From: an uncultured Lutibacter sp.
Lineage (GTDB): Bacteria; Bacteroidota; Bacteroidia; Flavobacteriales; Flavobacteriaceae
Direction of reading: 5' to 3'
Assembly (NCBI GenBank): GCA_964342295.1
Contig: CAYFFC010000001.1
Coordinates: 72,453-136,452, forward strand
DNA: 64,000 bases
Below the pieces are notes generated by a model, which saw only the letters and a list, made by a program, of their open reading frames with translations, made no database searches and was not told the origin of the DNA. Numbering within the stretch: the first letter of the stretch is position 1; every line of letters begins with the position of its first letter. Shown piece by piece: positions 39,307 to 48,901 of the stretch. Both the position numbers and the translations under genes were made by a program.

Positions 39307-40128
39307 ATGAAAAAAAAATACACATTCATTATTTTAATAGTATTTGTTTTTAGTTTAATCTCATGTAAAAACAATGAACCAAAAGTTCCGGAAAAGAACT
39401 TTATAGCTAAACAACATAAAGCTGATGATGCCGTTAAACATTGGAGTTATGAAGGAGAAACTTCTCCTGAACATTGGGCAGAAATTGAAAAACACTCTAA
39501 TTGTGCCGGTAAAAAACAATCGCCTATTAATATCATTGATATAGATTCAAAGTATGTCTCAAAAGACAGTTTAAACTTAAAAGTTTATTGTTACACTCAA
39601 ACAATAATTCATGATGTAGTAAACAATGGGCATTCTGTACAGTTTGATTTTGAATTAGGAGATTCTATTATTGTTAAAAATGAAACTTTCCATTTAAAAC
39701 AAATTCACTTTCATGAACCTTCAGAACATACAATTGACGGTATTAGATACCCAATTGAAATTCATTTAGTGCATGCCAATAAAAAAGGAGAATATACGGT
39801 ATTAGGCATTCTAGGAAAAGAAGGAAAAGAACATGAGGACTTTGAATTTTTAGAAATGTTTTTGCCTGTTAAAAATGGTGAAACTAAAGCTATTGACAAG
39901 CCTTTTGACTTAAAAACAATCTTTCCGGCAAATATCGATGACTATTATTCTTATAAAGGCTCTTTAACAACACCTCCTTGTAGTGAAACAGTAGATTGGG
40001 TGGTGTTTAAAAATCCAATTGTTCTGTCGGTAAATCAAGTTTTAAAATTAAAGAAAAATATGCCTTTGAATAACTATAGAAATGAACAACCAATAAATGA
40101 TAGAGAGGTTATTAAAACATTTAACTAA
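39307..40128 (+). CDS. Alpha-carbonic anhydrase, predicted lipoprotein, inside the nuo operon
   Basis: Lipobox LISC; HWSYEG, QSPINI, NNGHS, QIHFH, SEH, EIHLVH, GSLTTPPCSE, N-x-R-x-x-QP motifs. Confidence 0.93.
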   Translation: MKKKYTFIILIVFVFSLISCKNNEPKVPEKNFIAKQHKADDAVKHWSYEGETSPEHWAEIEKHSNCAGKKQSPINIIDIDSKYVSKDSLNLKVYCYTQTIIHDVVNNGHSVQFDFELGDSIIVKNETFHLKQIHFHEPSEHTIDGIRYPIEIHLVHANKKGEYTVLGILGKEGKEHEDFEFLEMFLPVKNGETKAIDKPFDLKTIFPANIDDYYSYKGSLTTPPCSETVDWVVFKNPIVLSVNQVLKLKKNMPLNNYRNEQPINDREVIKTFN

Positions 40129-40133
40129 AAATT

Positions 40134-41255
40134 ATGCAAACAACTTCTGTAAATAATAACTTTAAATCAGAAGAGTACTTCATCAATATGGGGCCTCAAC
40201 ATCCTGCTACACACGGAGTTTTAAGGCTGTTACTAACTATAGATGGTGAAATTATTAAAAAAGTAGAACCCGATTTAGGTTATATTCATCGCTCCATTGA
40301 AAAAATGTGTGAACGCGACAGTTATCAGCAAATAGTTCATTTAACTGACAGAATGGATTATCTTTCTTCACATATTAACAATGAAGCTGTTTGTCTTACT
40401 GTTGAAAAGGCATTGCAACTGGAAGTTCCTGAACGTGTTAAAGTAATTAGAACTATTATTGGTGAACTTACCAGAATAGCATCGCATTGCCTGTGGTGGG
40501 GTGTAATGGGAATGGATGTAGGTGCACTAACCACCTATTTTTACGGTTTTAGAGATCGTGAAATGATAAATGATATTTTTGAAGAAACTTGTGGTGCCAG
40601 ATTAACGATGAATTATAACATCCCTGGGGGATTAATGTTCGACATTCATCCTAACTTTGTGAAACGTACCAAAGCATTTGTAAAACACTTTAAAACCAAA
40701 ATCCCGGAATACGACAGGCTGTTAACCGGCAATGTTATATTTCAAAAAAGAACTAAAGGTGTGGGTGTTTTAACAAAAGAAGATGCTATTTCATTTGGCG
40801 CTTCAGGACCTGTTGCTAGAGGCTCAGGTTATTCTTGTGATGTACGAAAACATCATCCGTATAGCGCTTACAGCAATGTAAAATTTAATGAAGCCCTCCA
40901 AACTACCGGTGATACTTTTGCGCGTTATCAAGTACGTATACAAGAAATGTGGGAGTCGCTATCAATTATTGAACAATTAATAGACAATATACCCGACGGA
41001 GATTATAAAACTGCAACCAATACAGTAATTAAACTCCCTAAAGGAGAGTATTACCAAAAAGTTGAAACTGCTCGTGGAGAGTTGGGCGTATTTATTATTA
41101 GTACAGGAATAAAAAACCCATATCGATTGAAGTTTCGTTCTCCGGGGTTCTCAAACTTGTCATTGTTAAATCATATTACAGCAGGTGGTAAAATTGGAGA
41201 TTTAGTAGCTACTATGGCAACTTTAGATCTTGTAATACCTGATATAGACAGATAA
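40134..41255 (+). CDS. nuoD: Complex I subunit D
   Basis: GPQHPATHGVLRL, GYIHRSIEK, DRMDY, ETARGE; no NiFe CxxC motifs. Confidence 0.96.
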   Translation: MQTTSVNNNFKSEEYFINMGPQHPATHGVLRLLLTIDGEIIKKVEPDLGYIHRSIEKMCERDSYQQIVHLTDRMDYLSSHINNEAVCLTVEKALQLEVPERVKVIRTIIGELTRIASHCLWWGVMGMDVGALTTYFYGFRDREMINDIFEETCGARLTMNYNIPGGLMFDIHPNFVKRTKAFVKHFKTKIPEYDRLLTGNVIFQKRTKGVGVLTKEDAISFGASGPVARGSGYSCDVRKHHPYSAYSNVKFNEALQTTGDTFARYQVRIQEMWESLSIIEQLIDNIPDGDYKTATNTVIKLPKGEYYQKVETARGELGVFIISTGIKNPYRLKFRSPGFSNLSLLNHITAGGKIGDLVATMATLDLVIPDIDR

Positions 41256-41265
41256 AATAAAACAT

Positions 41266-42330
41266 ATGATTTCATTTTTAAGTATCACAAATAATATTCA
41301 CAATTGGTTGTTAAACTTCTTTTCTGAAAGTACCACCAGTTATATTGAAATGGTGTTAATTGCATTGGTTTATTTGGCCGTATTTGCGGTATTAGGGCTC
41401 TATTTAGTACTCCTTGAAAGAAGAGTGGCTGCCTGGTTTCAGCTAAGAATTGGTCCAAATCGTGTTGGTTTCCAAGGATTACTTCAAACTATGGCCGATG
41501 CACTTAAACTGGTTTCAAAAGAATTAACAGGAACAGTTAAAGCAGATAAATTTTTGTACAATTTAGCACCCTATTTTGTTATTGTCTCATCTTTAATGGC
41601 TTTGTCAGTATTTCCTTTTACCCAAAATTTACAGGCTTTTGACATAAATATCGGAATCTTTTTTTTAATTGCAATTTCATCAATTGGTGTTATTGGAATT
41701 TTATTGGGAGGTTGGGCTAGTAATAACAAATTTGCCCTAATAGGTGCTATGCGTAGTGGCGTACAAACCATAAGTTATGAACTTTCTGTTGGTTTGTCTT
41801 TACTAACCATGATATTGTTAACAGGGACCTTACAACTTTCTGAAATTATTGAAGTGCAAAAAAACGGATGGCTAATAGTACAAGGCCATGTACCGGCTGT
41901 AATTGCATTTATGATTTATATGATTTCCGGAACGGCAGAAACTAACAGGGCACCTTTTGATTTGGTTGAAGCAGAATCAGAACTTGGAGCAGGATTTCAT
42001 ACCGAGTATTCAGGTATGAAATTTGCCTATTTCTTTTTGGCCGAATTTATTAACATGTTTATAATTGCAGCTATAGCAACTACAATATTTTTTGGTGGTT
42101 GGCTATCGCCTTTTGGAATAACAGAGTCCATTCCTTGGTTAGGAGTTTTTTGGTTTTTAGCTAAAACTTTTGTCATTGTGTTTTTAATGATGTGGTTTCG
42201 ATGGACTTTCCCACGTTTACGTGTAGATCAGCTATTAACATTGGAATGGAAATACCTGCTACCACTTAACCTGTTGAACATAGTGCTTATGGCGCTAATT
42301 GTTTGGCTTAATTTAACCATTCAGTTTTAG
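41266..42330 (+). CDS. nuoH: Complex I subunit H
   Basis: ERRVAAWFQLRIGPN, ADALKL, SYE, AETNRAPFDL, TEYSG, FPRLRVDQ. Confidence 0.96.
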   Translation: MISFLSITNNIHNWLLNFFSESTTSYIEMVLIALVYLAVFAVLGLYLVLLERRVAAWFQLRIGPNRVGFQGLLQTMADALKLVSKELTGTVKADKFLYNLAPYFVIVSSLMALSVFPFTQNLQAFDINIGIFFLIAISSIGVIGILLGGWASNNKFALIGAMRSGVQTISYELSVGLSLLTMILLTGTLQLSEIIEVQKNGWLIVQGHVPAVIAFMIYMISGTAETNRAPFDLVEAESELGAGFHTEYSGMKFAYFFLAEFINMFIIAAIATTIFFGGWLSPFGITESIPWLGVFWFLAKTFVIVFLMMWFRWTFPRLRVDQLLTLEWKYLLPLNLLNIVLMALIVWLNLTIQF

Positions 42331-42335
42331 AGTTT

Positions 42336-42812
42336 ATGAGTTATTTTGGAGATATATACAAAGGAATAAAAACGTTGTTAACCGGAATGAGTATCACCGG
42401 GAAATACTTCTTAAATTCAAGACGAGGAGCAATTACGCAACAATACCCAGATAATAGGGCAACCCTAAAAATGTTTGAGCGCTTTAGAGGCGAAGTTGTA
42501 ATGCCTCATGATGAAAATAATGAGCACCGCTGTACCGGATGCCAAAAGTGTGAAATTGCTTGCCCCAATGGTACTATTGAAATTGTTTGGGACAGAATAA
42601 TAGATCCTGAAACCGGAAAAAAGAAAAAAGTTATTGATAAACATATTTACCATTTAGGCATGTGTACCATGTGTGGGCTGTGTATTGAAGCTTGCCCAAC
42701 CGATGCTATAGTATGGGCTCAAAATTTTGAAAATTCTGTGTACGATAGAACACAATTAACAAGAGTTTTAAACAAACCCGGATCTAAACTAAAACCCGGT
42801 GTAGAAGAATAA
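42336..42812 (+). CDS. nuoI: Complex I subunit I (2x 4Fe-4S)
   Basis: CTGCQKCEIACP and CTMCGLCIEACP. Confidence 0.95.
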   Translation: MSYFGDIYKGIKTLLTGMSITGKYFLNSRRGAITQQYPDNRATLKMFERFRGEVVMPHDENNEHRCTGCQKCEIACPNGTIEIVWDRIIDPETGKKKKVIDKHIYHLGMCTMCGLCIEACPTDAIVWAQNFENSVYDRTQLTRVLNKPGSKLKPGVEE

Positions 42813-42816
42813 GCTT

Positions 42817-43332
42817 ATGGAGAAAATTATATTTTACATTTTAGCATTTATAATGATTGTGTTTGCTATTGCCTCTGTAAGCAGTAGAAAAATGCTACGT
42901 TCGGTAATTTATTTGTTATTTACTTTAATTGGTATTGCCGGGCTTTATTTTTTAATTGATTATAACTTTTTGGCAGCCATTCAATTAACTGTTTACGCAG
43001 GTGGTATTATTGTATTAATAATATTCTCTGTGCTATTAGTACATCATATAGAATTGAAATTAGAGATTGCCAAAAAATCAAAACAATTTTTAGCATTAAT
43101 TGCTTGTGCAATAGGTTTAGGATTATTTTTAACAACAATACATTCTTTTAATTTTTCAGTTTCTAACAAATCTGTTTCAACCTCCACAAGTGAGATTGGA
43201 ACTTTATTGCTAAGTTATAAGGAGGGCGGATTTATTTTGCCATTTGAAGTTGTAAGTGTATTGCTGTTGGCAGCAATGATTGGAGCAATTATTATAGCTA
43301 AGGGAACATTAACAAAATCACCAAAAAAATAA
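42817..43332 (+). CDS. nuoJ: Complex I subunit J
   Basis: QLTVYAGGIIVL, LPFEVVSVLLLAAMIGA. Confidence 0.93.
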   Translation: MEKIIFYILAFIMIVFAIASVSSRKMLRSVIYLLFTLIGIAGLYFLIDYNFLAAIQLTVYAGGIIVLIIFSVLLVHHIELKLEIAKKSKQFLALIACAIGLGLFLTTIHSFNFSVSNKSVSTSTSEIGTLLLSYKEGGFILPFEVVSVLLLAAMIGAIIIAKGTLTKSPKK

Positions 43333-43336
43333 CAAA

Positions 43337-43654
43337 ATGATAGCCGAAGTAAGTATCTACGAACTATTAACACTAACCTCCATCATATTTTTTATAGGTG
43401 TATATGGTTTTTTGACCAGAAAAAATTTAATTTCAATTTTAATTTCAATAGAACTTATTTTAAATGCAACAGTTATAAACTTTGTTGTAATAAATAAATA
43501 CCTATATCCTGATATGTTACAAGGAGTGGTTTTTGCCATTTTCATAATTGCTGTTGCAGCCGCCGAAACGGCGCTGGCTGTTGCATTAATTATTAATTTA
43601 TACAGGCAATTAAACTCTGTTGAAGTAAAAGAAACCGAATCATTGAAGTACTAA
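43337..43654 (+). CDS. nuoK: Complex I subunit K
   Basis: SIELILNA, VAAAETA. Confidence 0.93.
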   Translation: MIAEVSIYELLTLTSIIFFIGVYGFLTRKNLISILISIELILNATVINFVVINKYLYPDMLQGVVFAIFIIAVAAAETALAVALIINLYRQLNSVEVKETESLKY

Positions 43655-43666
43655 ATATTTATAAAA

Positions 43667-45586
43667 ATGAATCTAAAATTTATCTTTTTAATTCCATTAA
43701 TTCCGTTAGCGGTATTTTTAGTACTCGGAATTTTTAATAAAAAAATTAAACCGAATATCTCAGGTTACATTGGCGTTTTAGGATTACTTGTTTCTGGAGT
43801 ATTATCATTTATAACGGCATATCAATATTTCTTTGTTTCAGAAAAACTCAATGGTATTTATCAAACTTTTGTTGATAAAACCGTTTGGATGAATTTTACA
43901 GATACGCTAAGAATTGATATGGGAGTTCTTATTGACCCTATATCTGTGATGATGCTTATTGTTGTTTCTATAGTATCCTTAATGGTGCACATATACAGTA
44001 GAGGTTATATGAAAGGTGATGAAGGTTACACCAAATTCTTTGCCTTTTTATCTTTATTCTCTTTCTCTATCTATGGTTTAGTACTGGCTACTAATTTATT
44101 TCAAATTTATATTTTTTGGGAATTGGTGGGTGTTTCATCCTATTTACTTATAGGTTATTATTACACAAAACCATCGGCAGTTGCAGCAGCAAAAAAGGCA
44201 TTTATTGTAACGCGTTTTGCCGATTTAGGGTTTTTAATTGGTATATTAACCATTGGTTATTATACCGGTACTTACGATTTTGAAACTTTAAATAATCCTG
44301 AAGGTTCTGCTATTTTAAATTGGGCTGCTACATCATTTATGGGGCTATCAGCTATTACTTGGGCACTCATTTTAATATTTATTGGTGGGGCAGGTAAATC
44401 GGCTATGTTCCCTTTACACATTTGGTTGCCCGATGCTATGGAAGGGCCTACTCCGGTTTCAGCATTAATTCATGCAGCTACTATGGTTGTTGCAGGTGTT
44501 TATTTAGTGGCGCGCTTATTTCCTATGTTCTATTTTGTTGAAGAAGGATTTGCTTTAAATATTGTAGCTTATGTAGGCGCGTTTTCATCATTGTTTGCGG
44601 CGGTAATTGCAATTACACAAACCGATATAAAACGAGTGTTGGCTTTTTCAACTATGTCGCAACTTGGTTATATGATGCTTGGCTTAGGTGTATCGGGATA
44701 TGAGGGGCACGAAGGAGTTGGCTATATGGCTTCTATGTTTCATTTGTTTACACATGCTATGTTTAAGGCGTTATTGTTTTTAGGAGCAGGTTCCGTAATT
44801 CACGCAGTACACAGCAACTACTTAAAAGATATGGGCGGTTTACGAAAGTACATGCCTATTACAAATATTACTTTTTTAATTGCTGCAATTGCTATAGCAG
44901 GTGTACCCCCATTTGCAGGCTTTTTTAGTAAAGATGAAATTTTAATCGCAGCTTTTGAGCATAACAAAATTATATATGTTATCGGATTATTTGTAGCGGG
45001 CTTAACAGCTTTTTATATATTCAGAATTTACTTTGGAATATTTTGGGGTAAAGAAAATAAGTACGAACATACTCCGCATGAATCACCGGTTTCAATGACC
45101 TTCCCTTTGCTTGTTTTAGCATTTTTAAGCATTTCTGTCGGTTTTATTCCTTTTAGCAACTTTGTTACTGCAGATAAGGCCGGTTTTGAAGCGCACTTAA
45201 ACTATCCAATGGCTGTTATTGCAGTTGCTGTAGGACTAATTGGAATTGCCTTAGCTTGGGTTTTTTATAAAAAAGAAAATAATTTATCTAATCGCTATGC
45301 TAAAGCGTTTGGAATCTTTTACAAATGGGCAAGTGATAAATTTTATTTTGATGAAATTTACCTATTCATCACCAAAAAAATTCTATTTAAAAGAGTTGCG
45401 GCTCCAATAGCAAAATTTGATAAAAAATATGTTGATGGCACTATGGAAGGCATTGGTAATAAAACAGCAGTAACCTCAGAAAAAATAAAAGGATTACAAT
45501 CCGGAAGAATACAAGACTATGCCTATGCATTTGTAATGGGAGTTGTTATAATTGGATTGGTTTTTATTTATTTATGGACAAGTTAG
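43667..45586 (+). CDS. nuoL: Complex I subunit L
   Basis: WELVG, KSAMFPLHIWLPDAMEGPTPVSALIHAATMV, STMSQLG, HAMFKALLF; lateral helix region present. Confidence 0.96.
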   Translation: MNLKFIFLIPLIPLAVFLVLGIFNKKIKPNISGYIGVLGLLVSGVLSFITAYQYFFVSEKLNGIYQTFVDKTVWMNFTDTLRIDMGVLIDPISVMMLIVVSIVSLMVHIYSRGYMKGDEGYTKFFAFLSLFSFSIYGLVLATNLFQIYIFWELVGVSSYLLIGYYYTKPSAVAAAKKAFIVTRFADLGFLIGILTIGYYTGTYDFETLNNPEGSAILNWAATSFMGLSAITWALILIFIGGAGKSAMFPLHIWLPDAMEGPTPVSALIHAATMVVAGVYLVARLFPMFYFVEEGFALNIVAYVGAFSSLFAAVIAITQTDIKRVLAFSTMSQLGYMMLGLGVSGYEGHEGVGYMASMFHLFTHAMFKALLFLGAGSVIHAVHSNYLKDMGGLRKYMPITNITFLIAAIAIAGVPPFAGFFSKDEILIAAFEHNKIIYVIGLFVAGLTAFYIFRIYFGIFWGKENKYEHTPHESPVSMTFPLLVLAFLSISVGFIPFSNFVTADKAGFEAHLNYPMAVIAVAVGLIGIALAWVFYKKENNLSNRYAKAFGIFYKWASDKFYFDEIYLFITKKILFKRVAAPIAKFDKKYVDGTMEGIGNKTAVTSEKIKGLQSGRIQDYAYAFVMGVVIIGLVFIYLWTS

Positions 45587-45616
45587 TAGTGATAAAAATA
45601 ATTAGAAAATAGAAAT

Positions 45617-47104
45617 ATGGATATATTATCTCTTTTTGTAGTTGTACCTATAATAACCATTTTAGTATTGGTTTTTACCAAGGGGCTTAAACAGGCTCGT
45701 ATAGTATCAATGCTTGGCAGCTTGGTGCAACTTGCAATGGCCATTAATTTAGTTTTTGCCTACCTAAATGAAAGGGCAGTAAACAACGCAATTATGTTAT
45801 TTACCAAAAATGTGGTTTGGTTTAAACAATTTAATATTCACTACAGTATTGGTGTTGATGGTATTTCGGTTTCCTTACTATTACTAACAGCAATAGTTGT
45901 ATTGGCAGGGGTATTTATTTCATGGAAAATGAAAGATCTGCCTAAAGAGTTTTTCATTTCATTATTAGTTTTAGCAACCGGCGTTTACGGGTTCTTTATT
46001 TCTATTGATTTGTTTACGCTTTTTGTGTTTTATGAAATTGCAGTTATTCCAATGTATCTTTTAATTGGTATTTGGGGCTCAGGAAGAAAAGAATATTCGG
46101 CAATGAAACTAACGCTAATGTTAATGGGTGCATCTGCAATTTTATTAGTCGGAATTTTAGGGATTTATTTCAATTCAAATGCAGATGGAGGAGCGCTAAC
46201 TTTTAATATTTTAGAAATTGCCCAAGTAAACATTCCTGCTGAAGCTCAAAAATTATTTTTCCCTCTTACGTTTATTGGATTTGGGGTTTTAGGCGCTTTA
46301 TTCCCTTTTCACACTTGGTCACCTGATGGGCATGCTTCTGCCCCTACAGCAGTTTCCATGTTACATGCAGGTGTACTTATGAAATTGGGTGGTTATGGAA
46401 TTTTTAGGGTCGCTATGTATTTATTACCTATTGGGGCTTTAGACTGGTCATGGGTATTTATAATATTATCTGCAACAGGAGTTATTTATGGTGCCTTTGG
46501 TGCAATAAAACAAACCGATTTAAAATATATAAACGCTTACTCTTCAGTTAGTCACTTAGGTATGGTTCTATTCGCCCTATTAATGTTAAATAAAACTGCT
46601 TGGAATGGCGCCATTTTACAATCACTCTCTCACGGATTTATGACAGCCTTGTTTTTTGCACTGATTGGTATGATTTATGGGCGAACACATACAAGAGATG
46701 TCACAAAATTAGGAGGTCTGTTAAAAGTAATTCCTTTTATATCTGCAATATATGTTATTGCCGGAATGGCATCTTTAGGCTTACCCGGTTTTAGCGGTTT
46801 TGTAGCAGAGATGAATATTTTTGTAGGTGCCTTTGAACACGATAATTTATTTTACAGAATTGCAACCATTATTTCGGTTTCTGCCATTGTTGTAACTGCG
46901 GTTTATATTTTAAGAGTTGTAGGTATAATGCTTATGGGTCCTGTTAAAAACGAACAATTTTTAACCTTACAAAAAGTAACTTGGTTCGAAAAATTTGGAA
47001 TTTTATTGTTGTTAATTCCAATAGTTGGAATGGGAGTAGCCCCTTTATGGTTAAGCGAAATGATTTTAGAAAGTGTGCAACCTTTTATTAGTGTAATTGT
47101 TTAA
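45617..47104 (+). CDS. nuoM: Complex I subunit M
   Basis: GVDGIS, FYE...PMY, PFHTW, HASAPT, LMKLGGYG, YSSVSH, LGLPG. Confidence 0.95.
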   Translation: MDILSLFVVVPIITILVLVFTKGLKQARIVSMLGSLVQLAMAINLVFAYLNERAVNNAIMLFTKNVVWFKQFNIHYSIGVDGISVSLLLLTAIVVLAGVFISWKMKDLPKEFFISLLVLATGVYGFFISIDLFTLFVFYEIAVIPMYLLIGIWGSGRKEYSAMKLTLMLMGASAILLVGILGIYFNSNADGGALTFNILEIAQVNIPAEAQKLFFPLTFIGFGVLGALFPFHTWSPDGHASAPTAVSMLHAGVLMKLGGYGIFRVAMYLLPIGALDWSWVFIILSATGVIYGAFGAIKQTDLKYINAYSSVSHLGMVLFALLMLNKTAWNGAILQSLSHGFMTALFFALIGMIYGRTHTRDVTKLGGLLKVIPFISAIYVIAGMASLGLPGFSGFVAEMNIFVGAFEHDNLFYRIATIISVSAIVVTAVYILRVVGIMLMGPVKNEQFLTLQKVTWFEKFGILLLLIPIVGMGVAPLWLSEMILESVQPFISVIV

Positions 47105-47145
47105 AGCGTGATGAAGTTCATCCTTAAAAAAGAATATTAAATACT

Positions 47146-48573
47146 ATGAGCCTGAGTAATTTTTTATTAATGCAGCAGGAAATTTTATTATTGTTAATAA
47201 TTTTAACCTTAATTATTGCTGAAATTTTTATTTCAAAAAATAAAAAAGCAAGCATTATTCACATTGCAATTTTACTATTTGGAATCCATACAACACTTGG
47301 GTTTTTTACGAGTACCGAAGGGTATCTGTTTGGAGGAACATTTAAAACCAACAATTTCATTTACTTTTTTAAGAATGTATTAAATGTTGGAGTATTTATT
47401 ATCCTATTGCAATCGGCAGATTGGATAAAACAAAAATTATTTACTCAAGACAGGGGTACTGAATTTTTTATATTGCTTTTTTGTTCGCTCTTAGGGATGT
47501 ATTTTATGATCTCATCGGGAGATTTTTTAATGTTTTATTTAGGTCTGGAACTTTCTACATTACCTGTAGCAGCACTGGCAGCTATTGAAACCTCTAAGCG
47601 AATTTCAAATGAGTCGGGGTTAAAATTAATTTTATCTGCTGCATTGGCATCCGGAGTTTCGTTATTTGGTATTTCATTACTATACGCAACTTCAGGCTCT
47701 ATTTATTTTGATATTATTTCAACTAATATTGTATCAAATAACTTAACCATTTTAGCATTTTTACTGTTTTTTGCCGGATTGGCTTTTAAAATTTCATTAG
47801 TGCCTTTCCACTTTTGGACAGCAGATGTGTATGAAGGAGCGCCTATAGGAATAGCCTCGTATTTATCGGTAATTTCAAAAGGTGCGGCTGTTTTCATTTT
47901 AATGACCTTATTATTTACCGTTTTAAAACCACTAATGTCTACTTGGGAGCCCCTACTATATGGGTTGGCAATTGCTACTATGTTTATTGGCAACTTATTT
48001 GCCTTGCGCCAAAAAAATATGAAACGTTTTTTAGCATTTTCATCTATAGCTCAAGCCGGTTTTATCTTATTGGGCTTAATTACGGGAAATCAACTTGGAG
48101 TGGCAACCGTTATTTATTTTGTAATGATTTATGTCTTTTCAAACCTGGCTGCTTTTGGGGTGGTTCAAACCATATCATTAAAAACAGGTAAAGAGTTAAT
48201 GAGTGATTATGAAGGTTTGTATAGAACAAACCCAAACTTGAGTTTGGTGATGATGCTAGCCTTATTCTCATTAGCAGGAATACCTCCGGTAGCTGGATTC
48301 TTTGGTAAATTTTTCCTTTTCACAGCAGCAGCAAGTAAAGGATATTATTTACTGGTTTTTATCGCCGTTGTTAACGTTACAATTTCATTATACTATTATT
48401 TACTTGTTATTAGAGCTATGTTTTTGAGAAAAAGCGATACCCCTATACCCTTTTTTAAAAATAAACTGTATATGCGTGTTGGCTTATTAATTACCGTTAT
48501 TGGTATTGTAGTATTAGGATTGTACAGTCCGGTTTATGAATATATTTATGAATTAAGCAGTATTTTTAATTAA
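47146..48573 (+). CDS. nuoN: Complex I subunit N
   Basis: LGLELS, FKISLVPFHFWTADVYEGAP, KRFLAFSSI, LAGIPP. Confidence 0.95.
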   Translation: MSLSNFLLMQQEILLLLIILTLIIAEIFISKNKKASIIHIAILLFGIHTTLGFFTSTEGYLFGGTFKTNNFIYFFKNVLNVGVFIILLQSADWIKQKLFTQDRGTEFFILLFCSLLGMYFMISSGDFLMFYLGLELSTLPVAALAAIETSKRISNESGLKLILSAALASGVSLFGISLLYATSGSIYFDIISTNIVSNNLTILAFLLFFAGLAFKISLVPFHFWTADVYEGAPIGIASYLSVISKGAAVFILMTLLFTVLKPLMSTWEPLLYGLAIATMFIGNLFALRQKNMKRFLAFSSIAQAGFILLGLITGNQLGVATVIYFVMIYVFSNLAAFGVVQTISLKTGKELMSDYEGLYRTNPNLSLVMMLALFSLAGIPPVAGFFGKFFLFTAAASKGYYLLVFIAVVNVTISLYYYLLVIRAMFLRKSDTPIPFFKNKLYMRVGLLITVIGIVVLGLYSPVYEYIYELSSIFN

Positions 48574-48577
48574 AACT

Positions 48578-48901
48578 ATGAGCTTACAAGGAAAACATTT
48601 ATTTGGCAGTATTGGAGATACAAGAGTAACTTTTGTTGAAAAAAAGGTAGATGAAAACAGAAAAAACTTTTTAGAAACCTTATTAAAACACAATGGTTTT
48701 GAAGTAATTGTGCAAGAAGAAAAAAGAAAATCGGAAGAAGAACCTCAATTATATACCATTGGTGTTACCGATATGGTTTTTAACCCAACCATTTATATTT
48801 TTGAACGCAAATTAAAAACTTTTGACGGAAGAAAAGTTACACAAGATTATTGGTTTCAAAGAACCGAAACTACCAATCCTCAATATTGGAAAAACGATTA
48901 A
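48578..48901 (+). CDS. Hypothetical soluble protein co-transcribed after nuoN
   Basis: 107 aa, starts 4 nt after the nuoN stop, no TM segment, host-like codon use; no family recognised. Confidence 0.7.
   Translation: MSLQGKHLFGSIGDTRVTFVEKKVDENRKNFLETLLKHNGFEVIVQEEKRKSEEEPQLYTIGVTDMVFNPTIYIFERKLKTFDGRKVTQDYWFQRTETTNPQYWKND

Noticed and set aside
39307-45586. DabAB or CupA/B CO2 pump
   Set aside because: The CA is a typical exported alpha-class enzyme of 273 aa, not the large DabA or CupA, and NuoL is a full canonical subunit within a complete membrane arm.
37914-48573. Group 4 [NiFe]-hydrogenase or Mrp/Ehr interpretation of the headless complex
   Set aside because: NuoD lacks both CxxC Ni-binding motifs and has the quinone-site GPQHP and DRMDY signatures; nuoA, J, K, L, M and N are all present; no hydrogenase maturation genes are seen.
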